From the NCBI GenBank assembly GCA_034439575.1, contig JAWXAQ010000027.1, positions 293,124 through 357,123 of the forward strand: a stretch of 64,000 nt of DNA, written 5' to 3'. The DNA comes from Leptospira sp. Its GTDB lineage: Bacteria > Spirochaetota > Leptospiria > Leptospirales > Leptospiraceae. Positions 39,704-49,022 of this stretch are shown here, in pieces; within the stretch, counting starts at the first letter, position 1, and the number at the start of each line of letters is the position of its first letter. A program made the position numbers and the translations under genes. Under the pieces are notes generated by a model, which made no database searches, had not been told where the DNA came from, and saw nothing but the letters and a program-made list of their open reading frames with translations.

Positions 39704-40684
39704 TTACCAGCTGAATTTACCCGTTTTCGCATAATTAAATTTCATACCTTCACCAATTCCTGGCACATTCATACCGGAATTTCCGTTTAGATCAAAACCT
39801 GCTGTTTTTGTTTGTATGGTTTTATATAGACCTTGGCTAATTTGTGAAATAGGAAATGCGGTGTTGATTTTTACTATGGACTCTTTTCCATTATTTACGA
39901 TTTCTTTGGGGCTGCCTTGCAAAAAGTTTTCGCCACCTAATTTCAAATTGTAACCGAAGTCTTGAAACAACAATTCGGAAGCGGCTTTGTTTTGGAAATT
40001 CAAATCAAAGTTAGTATTTAATTTGAGATCCAAATTTGATAGACCCGCACTGGCTGCTGATTTCGCGGCTTGTGTTTTTGATTTTCCTGAAAGTAAACCT
40101 TCTAAAAAACTCATTGCTGATGATGCCACAGCAGTGGTGTTAGCTTGTGAACTGATTTCTTCTTTTGTTGGCATAAGAATTTTAAAATTTTTAATGTCCA
40201 CAGTTGGCAATACGGCAGGAATCTCTCTTTGTTTTTGGAATGGAAAACTGATAGAATCTTGGCCCACAGCGGCAAGTGAAGATGGAAGGGGCACTTTTAC
40301 ATTTCCATCTAGACCTACAGTGAGTAGAGGCTTGCCAGGAATGCTCTGATAAATTTTAACTAAGTCTGTGTATTTGATTTTGATTTCGAAAGGTAAAGAT
40401 TTAGTCGCTTTCGCTTGAATTTCACCTAAGTCAGTTGAAATATGTGTTAGTTTATTTCCTTCAATTTTCAAATCCATATTGAGTAAGGATTTGGGTAAAC
40501 CGACTGGATATGGATTTTCTAAAGTCGTTACCATTTTTAATGTAATGTCTGTTAGTGTGATTTCTTTAATGCTTAATGATTCAAATGAAAATTCGGGACG
40601 TGGAACTTTGTCCTGTAAAACTCCGAGTAAGGAACAATGGCTGAGTGTTACTGACAAAATTAATAGGGAAAGTTTAGAAATCAT
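39704..40684 (-). CDS. Lipoprotein with LEA_2 (LEA14/WHy-like) domains
   Basis: The track ORF extends to 40771 and would overlap xth. The ATG at 40684 gives MISKLSLLILSVTLSHC. The first domain, FSFESLSIKEITLTDITLKMVTTLENPYPVGLP...MDLKIEGNKL, is LEA_2-like, and a second more divergent copy follows. Confidence 0.6.
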   Translation of the reverse strand: MISKLSLLILSVTLSHCSLLGVLQDKVPRPEFSFESLSIKEITLTDITLKMVTTLENPYPVGLPKSLLNMDLKIEGNKLTHISTDLGEIQAKATKSLPFEIKIKYTDLVKIYQSIPGKPLLTVGLDGNVKVPLPSSLAAVGQDSISFPFQKQREIPAVLPTVDIKNFKILMPTKEEISSQANTTAVASSAMSFLEGLLSGKSKTQAAKSAASAGLSNLDLKLNTNFDLNFQNKAASELLFQDFGYNLKLGGENFLQGSPKEIVNNGKESIVKINTAFPISQISQGLYKTIQTKTAGFDLNGNSGMNVPGIGEGMKFNYAKTGKFSW

Positions 40685-40715
40685 AAGGAAATGACATTTC
40701 AAACAAGCACACTTG

Positions 40716-41483
40716 TCAAGGCATTTGAAGTTCGACGACAACCGCCGCATGATCTGAAACAATTGGTTCATTTATAATTTTTGCTTTTTTTCCTACAGAT
40801 AACAAGGAATCAGATCCTAAAACATAATCAATGCGCCAACCTTTATCATTCGCTCGTGCATTCGCACGATAAGACCACCAACTATATTTTTGCAAATCGG
40901 GATTTAATTCCCTATAAAAATCTATAAATCCTTTGCGTAAAAATTGGCTAAACCAAGCTCTTTCTTCGGGTAAAAATCCACTGTTCTTGGCATTGGACTT
41001 CGGGTTATGAATGTCAATTTCCATATGAGCGATATTGACATCGCCAACGAGTATAAGAGGTTTCTTTTTTGCTTTTAATTTTTTTGAAAGAGTCAGCACT
41101 TCATCTAAGAATTTGTATTTAATTTTTTGGCGTTCATCACCGGAAGTACCGGAAGGAAAATAAACATTCCAAAATAGAAATTTCGGATACTCTAATAAAA
41201 TGGATCTTCCTTCTGACTTGAAAATTCCATCACCATATCCACTTATGGAAGAAAGCGGAGATTTTTTTACAAGAGTGCAAACTCCACTATAGCCTGCTTT
41301 GTCTGCGATACAAGTTTGAATTTCATAACCCATTTCTTTCCAATGTTCTTTTCGAATTTCATTTTCAGGTGCCTTTGTTTCTTGGAAGGCGATAATGTCT
41401 GGATTTTCGCTACTAATCATTGTCAGTAGTCCTTTGGAAATTGCGGATCTAATGCCATTACAATTAAGTGTTAATATTTTCAT
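40716..41483 (-). CDS. xth: Exodeoxyribonuclease III
   Basis: 255 aa with MKILTLNCNGIRSA...FQETK...GDVNIAH...WRIDYVL...SDHAAV. Confidence 0.9.
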   Translation of the reverse strand: MKILTLNCNGIRSAISKGLLTMISSENPDIIAFQETKAPENEIRKEHWKEMGYEIQTCIADKAGYSGVCTLVKKSPLSSISGYGDGIFKSEGRSILLEYPKFLFWNVYFPSGTSGDERQKIKYKFLDEVLTLSKKLKAKKKPLILVGDVNIAHMEIDIHNPKSNAKNSGFLPEERAWFSQFLRKGFIDFYRELNPDLQKYSWWSYRANARANDKGWRIDYVLGSDSLLSVGKKAKIINEPIVSDHAAVVVELQMP

Positions 41484-41533
41484 AAAGAATTCAGATAGAT
41501 TATTTCAACAATTCAGTCGATATATGATATAGT

Positions 41534-44356
41534 ATGCTAGAAATTTCTCCTGACATTCCTTTTCTTTCTGATACAAAGATACGATTCCTTGTATGGGACC
41601 GTGCTCCAAGAAGTCTAGAAATTTGGAATTGGTCTGAGGGTTTGTATTGTTTTCTCCAATCTAGATCAACTCGAGAAGGTAAAGAATTTCGCTACGGAAG
41701 TCCATTATGGGGCATTCCCAATTACGTAAATTATATTGAGTATCCATTTTATACAAGCAGTGATTCGCAAATTTATTCGGAACTTGGTTCTGCTTGGAAA
41801 GAGACTTTAAAACAAAAAACCATTACGATTCTTGCACCATACGAAGATGAAGCTGAGATACGTTTAGAATTTGCAAAATTATTTTTAAAATGTAATCCGA
41901 ATCAAACTTTTGAACAGGTAGGAAAAAATTTTGGATTGGTAGGAGAAACCTATCTTTTGTTAAATGAATTTGCAAGAGTGATTAAAAAAGAGATTCCATC
42001 ACAAAATCAATTCTTTAAAATTTCCCCTCCCATACTTATACATTCAAGCCAAAAACCAATCATAACAAACATAGAGACCAAAAATAAAGACACAGTGCTT
42101 GTGTCCAAATTGGAACCAATAACAATCCAAAAAGATGAGAGAGAAATTTTCAATGCCAATTCGGCTGAATCAATAAACAATAGTAATACGGAGTTAGAAA
42201 TAACAACTGTTAAGAGTTCAGAAAAAGAATCAGAAATTAAAAACACAACTCTTTATGATCCAGAGGTCAAGGTTGATATTCTCGAAAAAGACAAAAAAGA
42301 GGAAATTTCAATTCCAGCTCCTAAATCGGAAATCATTGAAACGCCCGTAGATAAAATCATTGAAACGCAAGAGAAAGCATCTACGAAATTTTCCATACAA
42401 TTAAAAATGATGGGAGTGATTTCTGTATTATTCATTTTAACTGTATCGACTATTATTTTTTTTGCATCAAATTTCTTTAGAAATACTTCTGAGTTACAAT
42501 TAAGAGACAATAACTTGCGTATGGCGGAAATTGTTGGTTCTAAGGTTGGGTCTGATGTATTGAATGCAGTGGAAAGAGGAAAACAGATTGCCTTTACTTT
42601 AACAACGCAAGGAATAGGAGACGAACAAAAAAATAAGTTGTTAAAATCTTTTTTTGAATCAGATAAGGAATTTATTTATTTAGGGATATATGAAAAAAAC
42701 GGGGAAGATTTAGTCAATAAACGGGAAGTCTTCAATGAAGAGGAATTAAAACTTACTTCTTTAACTGAAGAAGACTTTCATAATGTGGTTAAACGCAACA
42801 AAGGTCTGTTTGCTGAAGCATTTTCTGGCCAACCTGTACTTATTAATTCAAGCCCAGGATTCCAAGAACCTTCTTTCGCCATAGCGATTCCAACAGAAGA
42901 AAACGGAAAACTTGATAATATTCTAGTGATGATCATTAAACTAGAAAAAATCATAGATGCGTTTGAGAAAAAAGGAATTGAAACTACATTTCTTGTGAAT
43001 GGTGCAGGAATTGTGATCGCTCATCCCAAAGAAGATTTAGTTCTATCGGCCACAGATTTATCTTCCATGCCCATAGTGAGAACTATGCTGACTAGTGCCG
43101 CTGCCACAGGGCAAACCAGTTATTTAGATGAAGAGTTAAAATCTCAGTTTCTAGGCTCATTTAAAAAAATCGGATTTGCTGACACGGGAGTTGTGACTAT
43201 CGTTTCGGAAGATAAGGCCTTTGAAGCAGTTTATAATATTCAAAAAAGAAATATTTATATCATGGGGATTGGATTATGCATAGCTTTGATCTTTGTATTT
43301 TTCTTCTCTAAAACCATCACTAAACCTATATTGCACTTGTTATCTGCAACTTTACAAATTGCAAAAGGCGATTTCCAAATCGGTATCAAACCTACCACAA
43401 GAGATGAAGTGGGTTTACTTACTGAATATTTTATAGAGATGGGTCAAGGCTTAGAAGAACGAGAGAAAGTAAAAAACATTCTCGGTAGTATGATCGACCC
43501 TGTAGTAGTTCAGGAAGCTATGGTGGATTTGGCGGCCTTAAAACGCGGATCAGAAGCACAAATCACCGCCTTCTTTTCCGATGTTGCTGGTTTTTCTACC
43601 ATTTCAGAACAATTAAAATCTGCAGATCTTGCCGCACTACTAAATGAATACTTAAGTGCGATGACTTTAATTTTAAAACAACATGAAGGAGTCCTAGATA
43701 AATACATTGGTGATGCGATCGTCGGTATTTTTTCCGCACCAGTTATTGTGAGTGAACACCAATTGAAGGCGGCAAGAGCTAGTGTAGAGATGATTCAAAA
43801 ATTAAAAGAATTAAGAAAGTATTGGAAAGATAACAATCTCTATTCTAAAGAAGCTCAAGAAATGGATTGCCGCATCGGACTCAATTCTGGACCAGCTAAG
43901 GTTGGTTTTATGGGAACCGATGCCCTTGCATCATATACTATGATGGGTGATACTGTTAATTTAGCCGCTAGATTGGAAGCGGCAGGTAAAGATTACGGTG
44001 TCAATATACTCATCACTGACGCGATTCAAAAACACCTTCAAGATGAAATGATTACTCGGTATTTAGATTTAGTTCGAGTTAAAGGGAAAAATGAACCTGT
44101 TCGTATCCATGAGTTAGTTGGATATAAATCTACTGTTTCTTCTGCAGTAGTCGAAGCTTGCCGTTTGTACGAACAAGGATTTGAAGCTTATTTGGAACGA
44201 GATTGGAATAAAGCCATAACATATTTTATAGATTCAGAAAAAGCCCGTGGGGAAAAAGACAAATCTTGTCATGTATTAATCGAAAGATGCGAAGAATACA
44301 AAGAATTTTCACCAGGTGTAGATTGGGATGGAGTATTTACTCGAACTCATAAATAA
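41534..44356 (+). CDS. Membrane sensor class III adenylate/guanylate cyclase (extracytoplasmic sensor, HAMP, cyclase)
   Basis: 940 aa. It has a ~290-aa N-terminal region of unknown function, two TMs bracketing a ~250-aa loop (Cache-like by size) and HAMP (KPILHLLSATLQIAKGDFQ). The cyclase motifs are FFSDVAGFS, YIGDAIVG and MGDTVNLAARLE. Confidence 0.85.
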   Translation: MLEISPDIPFLSDTKIRFLVWDRAPRSLEIWNWSEGLYCFLQSRSTREGKEFRYGSPLWGIPNYVNYIEYPFYTSSDSQIYSELGSAWKETLKQKTITILAPYEDEAEIRLEFAKLFLKCNPNQTFEQVGKNFGLVGETYLLLNEFARVIKKEIPSQNQFFKISPPILIHSSQKPIITNIETKNKDTVLVSKLEPITIQKDEREIFNANSAESINNSNTELEITTVKSSEKESEIKNTTLYDPEVKVDILEKDKKEEISIPAPKSEIIETPVDKIIETQEKASTKFSIQLKMMGVISVLFILTVSTIIFFASNFFRNTSELQLRDNNLRMAEIVGSKVGSDVLNAVERGKQIAFTLTTQGIGDEQKNKLLKSFFESDKEFIYLGIYEKNGEDLVNKREVFNEEELKLTSLTEEDFHNVVKRNKGLFAEAFSGQPVLINSSPGFQEPSFAIAIPTEENGKLDNILVMIIKLEKIIDAFEKKGIETTFLVNGAGIVIAHPKEDLVLSATDLSSMPIVRTMLTSAAATGQTSYLDEELKSQFLGSFKKIGFADTGVVTIVSEDKAFEAVYNIQKRNIYIMGIGLCIALIFVFFFSKTITKPILHLLSATLQIAKGDFQIGIKPTTRDEVGLLTEYFIEMGQGLEEREKVKNILGSMIDPVVVQEAMVDLAALKRGSEAQITAFFSDVAGFSTISEQLKSADLAALLNEYLSAMTLILKQHEGVLDKYIGDAIVGIFSAPVIVSEHQLKAARASVEMIQKLKELRKYWKDNNLYSKEAQEMDCRIGLNSGPAKVGFMGTDALASYTMMGDTVNLAARLEAAGKDYGVNILITDAIQKHLQDEMITRYLDLVRVKGKNEPVRIHELVGYKSTVSSAVVEACRLYEQGFEAYLERDWNKAITYFIDSEKARGEKDKSCHVLIERCEEYKEFSPGVDWDGVFTRTHK

Positions 44357-44358
44357 TT

Positions 44359-46482
44359 ATGCGTCTGTTAAACGATACAAGATTTGTTATTCCCTTTCTA
44401 CTTTTACTTATAAGTATATTTTCTGTACTTTTATACTTAAATGTGACTAGTAGACTTGGTGGTTCTGATAATCCGACGATAGGTGTCATCACTTATAAAA
44501 CTAAAAATGTATTAAGAAAATTTAACGATCAAGTGGTATGGGATAGCATTGAATCCAACCAAGAAGTTAAAAATCGAGATACAATTCGTACTGAAGGTTT
44601 ATCTGATGCTGTTTTGACACTCAATGATGGAACCAAAATCAACATTGCTGAAAATTCAATGATACTTCTTGATATTTCAGATAAAAATATCAATGTTAAT
44701 TTTGCCTATGGTTCCTTTGAAGCCGCAAGAGAAAATACAAACCAAGGTGATGTGAAGATGAATATCACAGCAGGTGACAAGGTTGTTGAAGTAGGCAAAG
44801 GTGATGTTAAATTAGATAAAACTAAAAATGAACTGAATTTAAAAGTTGGTGAAGGGGAAGCTAAAATCACAGCCAATGGAAAAGAAGAAACTATTTCTAA
44901 GGATGAAGTTGCCAATGTTTCCAGTGAAGGTGTTAAGGTAACAAAACCTCGATTTGGTTTAGTGAGCCCATCTGACAGAAAAAATATTCTAACTGACTCA
45001 GGTTCTGAAGTGATCCAATTTTCAGTCAGTGGTGTCAATGCAGATCTCATTCGAAGTTCTTCACCCATATTAGAAATCTCCAGTTCGCAAGATTTTTCAA
45101 AATCAGTGGCTAAAGAAAAATTAAAGTCAGGAACATTTCAGAAAACTTTAGTTAGTGGATCATATTTTTGGAGAGTAACTTATATTGATCCTGAAAACAA
45201 GGCAAAACAGTCAACCGAAATTGTTAGATTTAGAGTGATCACAAATCCACAGTTAAGATTGTTTCTTCCCAAAGATGGAGATAACTTCTCTTATACGACA
45301 GAGAGTCCTGTAGTCAAATTAGCTTGGGGAAATTTAGATTTATATACAAATTATACAGCCGAAATCGCAAAAGATAATAAATTTTCGGTCGACCTAAAAT
45401 CAAAACAAACACAAAATCAAGCAATCTCTTTCGACAATTTAAGTGATGGTGTTTATTATGCACGAGTGATTGCTCGTTCTAATATTCCAGATATCAATGA
45501 AAAAATTTCACCGATTAGCCAGTTTACAGTGGGTAAAAAACTGAATCTTGAACCACCTGTTCTTGTGGAACCCGCTAAAAATAAAAGTTATACGAAAGAT
45601 CAAATCAAAAATCAAATATTTTTTTCATGGAAGGATAACAAAGATTATAAGTCATATGATTTTGAAATTAGCTCCGATGCCAATTTTTCAAACATCATTT
45701 CCAAACAAAACTCTGAAAATAGTTTTATCAAATTTGGAAACGAGTTGAATGAGGGAAACTATTTTTGGAGAGTCAAAGGGAATGTCCCAGGCAAAGAAAG
45801 TTTACTTTCTTCCATTTATTCATTTTCAATTATTTCAAAAGAAGATTTGAATCTTCTTTCACCAGTAAATAATTCGGAACATGAAATCAATGAAAATAGT
45901 GGCATTCTACTTAAGTGGAAAAAACTAAATACTAAAGTAAATTATAAATTAGAGATATCTAAATTACCAAATTTTTCAAATTTAATCGTTTCTGAACAAG
46001 TCACAAATACTTTTTATGATTTTAAAGCTAAGGATTTTGGTAAATTCTATTGGCGAGTGATAGCAGACACTGAACCCGAAAAAACAAAAAGCGAAGAGTG
46101 GATATTTGTTTTAAGTTCTTCTATGGAACCTCCAATTCTTATATCACCTACAAAAAACGAAACTATCGATTTATCAAATCGAAATAATATAGTTTTTACT
46201 TGGAAAGCACAAGAAAAAGCGATAGCTTACAAAATTAAAATCTTTGATATCAGTGGAATCAAAGAAAAACAAATTGTTTCAGAACGCACTACACAACTCA
46301 AATTTGTGATTTCAGATTTTACTAAATTGAATGAAGGCAGACATAAGATCGAAATTTGTTCTTTATATTCAGGTTCTGATGTGGAAAAAGAGTCTGCATA
46401 CTATCGTTCCGATTTTTTTATCAACTTACCTAAGTTAAATATTCCTAAAATCCTTACTCCAGGTACAATTTATGTGGAATAA
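44359..46482 (+). CDS. FecR-domain protein with five tandem Fn3-like modules
   Basis: 707 aa with an N-terminal anchor and a FecR-like segment (VWDSIESNQEVKNRDTIRTEGLSDAVLTLNDGTKINIAENSMILL), followed by a repeat array. It starts 2 nt after the cyclase stop. Confidence 0.7.
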   Translation: MRLLNDTRFVIPFLLLLISIFSVLLYLNVTSRLGGSDNPTIGVITYKTKNVLRKFNDQVVWDSIESNQEVKNRDTIRTEGLSDAVLTLNDGTKINIAENSMILLDISDKNINVNFAYGSFEAARENTNQGDVKMNITAGDKVVEVGKGDVKLDKTKNELNLKVGEGEAKITANGKEETISKDEVANVSSEGVKVTKPRFGLVSPSDRKNILTDSGSEVIQFSVSGVNADLIRSSSPILEISSSQDFSKSVAKEKLKSGTFQKTLVSGSYFWRVTYIDPENKAKQSTEIVRFRVITNPQLRLFLPKDGDNFSYTTESPVVKLAWGNLDLYTNYTAEIAKDNKFSVDLKSKQTQNQAISFDNLSDGVYYARVIARSNIPDINEKISPISQFTVGKKLNLEPPVLVEPAKNKSYTKDQIKNQIFFSWKDNKDYKSYDFEISSDANFSNIISKQNSENSFIKFGNELNEGNYFWRVKGNVPGKESLLSSIYSFSIISKEDLNLLSPVNNSEHEINENSGILLKWKKLNTKVNYKLEISKLPNFSNLIVSEQVTNTFYDFKAKDFGKFYWRVIADTEPEKTKSEEWIFVLSSSMEPPILISPTKNETIDLSNRNNIVFTWKAQEKAIAYKIKIFDISGIKEKQIVSERTTQLKFVISDFTKLNEGRHKIEICSLYSGSDVEKESAYYRSDFFINLPKLNIPKILTPGTIYVE
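44947..46422 (+). repeat. Five tandem ~95-100-codon protein-level repeats inside the FecR gene
   Basis: Modules span roughly aa 197-293, 294-391, 398-491, 496-585 and 589-688. Each carries P.L..P near its start, an F/L.W strand and G.Y[FY]WRV-type strands (SYFWRV, VYYARV, NYFWRV, KFYWRV; the fifth is degenerate). The repeats diverge at DNA level. Confidence 0.55.
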
Positions 46483-47680
46483 TTATTTAAGAATTCTTAT
46501 ATTTCAAATATTTTTAATTAATGGCACATCTATTTTAGCAGAAGGTCCACCCGAAACTGTAGAGGAAACAATGGTGTACCAATTGAAATGGCAAGAAGTT
46601 CCTGGAGCTTCTGGTTATTTATTAGAAATTAAAAATTCCAGCGGTTATATGGTCATTTCGGAAAAAACAAATTCCAATTTTTATAATGCCGCTAATTTTT
46701 TATCTGGAACCTACGAACATCGAGTAGGTGTAATTAATAAAATTGGTAAGGTGGGATCCTTTTCGGATTGGGTTCCTTTTGAAGTTGTAGTTTCTAGAAT
46801 TCCTTCTTTATCGAAAGATAGAGTGTATTCTATTTCAAGAGAAGAAAAAACTAAAACCATAGAATTTTCTGGAAAAGATTTTTTGCCTCAAATGAAAGTT
46901 TATATGATTTTAGATGGTAAAAAAATTCCAGCTAAAAAAGTCGAAATTGAATCTGCTACAAAAGCAAGAGCCGTTTTTGATATTGATCCTGAATTAGATA
47001 CAGGCTTATATGATTTAGTTTTAGAGAACCCTCGCAAAAAAACACTTAACGCCAAACAACGAATTGTTCTCAGTGATTCAAAAGAGCAAGCAGAAAGATT
47101 TGCATCCAGACAAGAAAAAATTATTAATAAAGAAATTCCCGAAGATTATTACCAAACACCATATTGGTCCACAATATGGAGATCAACCGTATTGCCTGGT
47201 TGGGGCCAAAATTATATTGAAGGAAGCTCATGGAAATTATATACATACCCACTCATTGGTTTAGGAATAGCTGGCGCTTATGCAAATTCTTATAATAAAT
47301 TTTTAGGTGCCAGATCTAGTTACCAAGATTCAGTGATTTTGGGTTATTTTTTGGCAGATAATCCTGATGCTCAATTAATTTGGTTATTAAATAGAAATAC
47401 AGCTCAAAGTAATTATTCGGCAGCAAAACAAGAGTTAAACAATATTCAAACGGGAATAGGTGTATTTGGGGTATTTATACTTTATAATTTGATAGATGCC
47501 TATTTTAGTGCAAGAAGAAATGTTGCTTTCAATGATATAAAGCCTGGTTTACCCATTGGACAAGAAAATATACGATTGAATGCTCGCATGGAAAGGGGTT
47601 TGCCACAAACGTTTTCTCTCCAACCATTGAATTTAAAGAACGAACCAATTTATAATTTAGAAATCCTCTATCAGTTCTAG
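46472..47680 (+). CDS. Secreted/membrane protein: Fn3-like module, IPT/TIG-like module, PGWGQ membrane hairpin (DUF5683-like)
   Basis: 402 aa with a signal peptide, YQLKWQEVPGASGYLLEI...GTYEHRVGVI, then a TIG-like segment, then WRSTVLPGWGQNYIEG plus hydrophobic helices. It overlaps the FecR gene by 11 nt. Confidence 0.55.
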   Translation: MWNNYLRILIFQIFLINGTSILAEGPPETVEETMVYQLKWQEVPGASGYLLEIKNSSGYMVISEKTNSNFYNAANFLSGTYEHRVGVINKIGKVGSFSDWVPFEVVVSRIPSLSKDRVYSISREEKTKTIEFSGKDFLPQMKVYMILDGKKIPAKKVEIESATKARAVFDIDPELDTGLYDLVLENPRKKTLNAKQRIVLSDSKEQAERFASRQEKIINKEIPEDYYQTPYWSTIWRSTVLPGWGQNYIEGSSWKLYTYPLIGLGIAGAYANSYNKFLGARSSYQDSVILGYFLADNPDAQLIWLLNRNTAQSNYSAAKQELNNIQTGIGVFGVFILYNLIDAYFSARRNVAFNDIKPGLPIGQENIRLNARMERGLPQTFSLQPLNLKNEPIYNLEILYQF

Positions 47681-47726
47681 ACAAAAAGCTTGAGAAGCTA
47701 GCCCATTTTTGGATAAAGTCAAAGGT

Positions 47727-49022
47727 ATGAGCATTCCTATTGTAAGGGCGAGCCTCGGTGACGAGACAAGTTACCAAAAATTCTTAAAATCGGCAAAATC
47801 AGATTTATCTGAAGCCACAAAAAAAATTCTACCGATTTTAAAGGATGTGGAATCGGAAGGTGATTCCGCAATCAGACGTTATACGGAAAAGTTTGATGGT
47901 TTCGCACTGGATACTCTTCTATTAGATCCACAAAACATAGAAGTCAAAGTTCCAGATTCAATAAAAGAAGCATTTCTCATTGCAAAAAGTAATATTGAAG
48001 CATTTCATAAAAAACAAATTCGAGAATCTTGGTCTACAGTCATCGATGGAAATAAGTTAGGTGTTAAATATTCACCGATTTCTTCAGTAAGTGTTTATGC
48101 TCCCGGTGGAACAGCACTTTATCCATCAAGTGTATTAATGGGTGTTATCCCTGCTATCCTTGCTGGAGTTAAAGACATACAATTAGTGACACCACCACAA
48201 AAAAATGGATTACCTGATATTTTGATCTGGCTTTCACAGATTTTAGGAATCCAAAGAATTGTAACAGTTGGTGGAGCGCAAGGAATAGCTGCAGTTGCTT
48301 ATGGGACTGAATCTATCCCGAAATCAGAGTTTATCGTCGGACCGGGTAACGTATATGTGGCGGCAGCAAAATCATATTTGGCTGGCATTGGACTCATTGG
48401 CATAGAAAGTCCCGCTGGACCTTCTGAAGTTTGTATCATTGCGGATGATTCAGCTAACCCGATGTGGATCGCCTGTGATATGTTATCTCAAGCCGAACAT
48501 GGAGAAGATTCTTCGGCAATTTTACTGACTACAAATGAATCGCTTGCAAATTCTGTTTCTATAGAGTTAGAAAAGGCATTTATAAATCGCACAAAACGTT
48601 TGGATATGAAAAAGAAAGCCATTTATGAAAACTCTTGTATTCTCATATTTGATTCTATAGAAGAATGTGTTTCGTTTTCTAATTTACTTGCCCCTGAACA
48701 TTTAGAAATCCAAACTAAAGATCCCAATCATACATTTGAAGGTATAGAACATGCGGGTTCTGTATTCCTTGGACCATATTCTCCTGTGGCCATGGGAGAT
48801 TATATCAGTGGAACAAATCATATTTTACCCACAGCTAGAGGAAGTAGAATTTATTCTTCACTTGGAGTGGATACATTTTTAAAACGAATCACTTACCAAG
48901 AAATTTCCAAAGAATCAATAAACAGATTGTATCCATATGTAAAACTTATGTCGGAACTAGAAGGTTTAGACGAAGAGCATGGTACAAGCGTTAGAGTTAG
49001 ATATGAAGAAGGTGGAATTTGA
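47727..49022 (+). CDS. hisD: Histidinol dehydrogenase
   Basis: HisD motifs are GGTALYPSSVLM, GPGNVYVAAAK, QAEHGEDS and APEHLE. The track ORF starts at TTG 47709; ATG 47727 is an equally plausible start. Confidence 0.9.
   Translation: MSIPIVRASLGDETSYQKFLKSAKSDLSEATKKILPILKDVESEGDSAIRRYTEKFDGFALDTLLLDPQNIEVKVPDSIKEAFLIAKSNIEAFHKKQIRESWSTVIDGNKLGVKYSPISSVSVYAPGGTALYPSSVLMGVIPAILAGVKDIQLVTPPQKNGLPDILIWLSQILGIQRIVTVGGAQGIAAVAYGTESIPKSEFIVGPGNVYVAAAKSYLAGIGLIGIESPAGPSEVCIIADDSANPMWIACDMLSQAEHGEDSSAILLTTNESLANSVSIELEKAFINRTKRLDMKKKAIYENSCILIFDSIEECVSFSNLLAPEHLEIQTKDPNHTFEGIEHAGSVFLGPYSPVAMGDYISGTNHILPTARGSRIYSSLGVDTFLKRITYQEISKESINRLYPYVKLMSELEGLDEEHGTSVRVRYEEGGI

Noticed and set aside
40685-40771. 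N-terminal extension of the LEA_2 lipoprotein ORF overlapping the 3-prime end of xth.
   Set aside because: The internal ATG at 40684 yields a proper lipoprotein signal (MISKLSLLILSVTLSHC) and removes the 56-nt overlap with xth.
47687-47699. Small hairpin AGCTT-GAG-AAGCT after the 46472-47680 gene as a possible terminator.
   Set aside because: It is only a 5-bp stem with a 3-nt loop, and the T-run is separated from it by AGCCCA. That is too weak to call.
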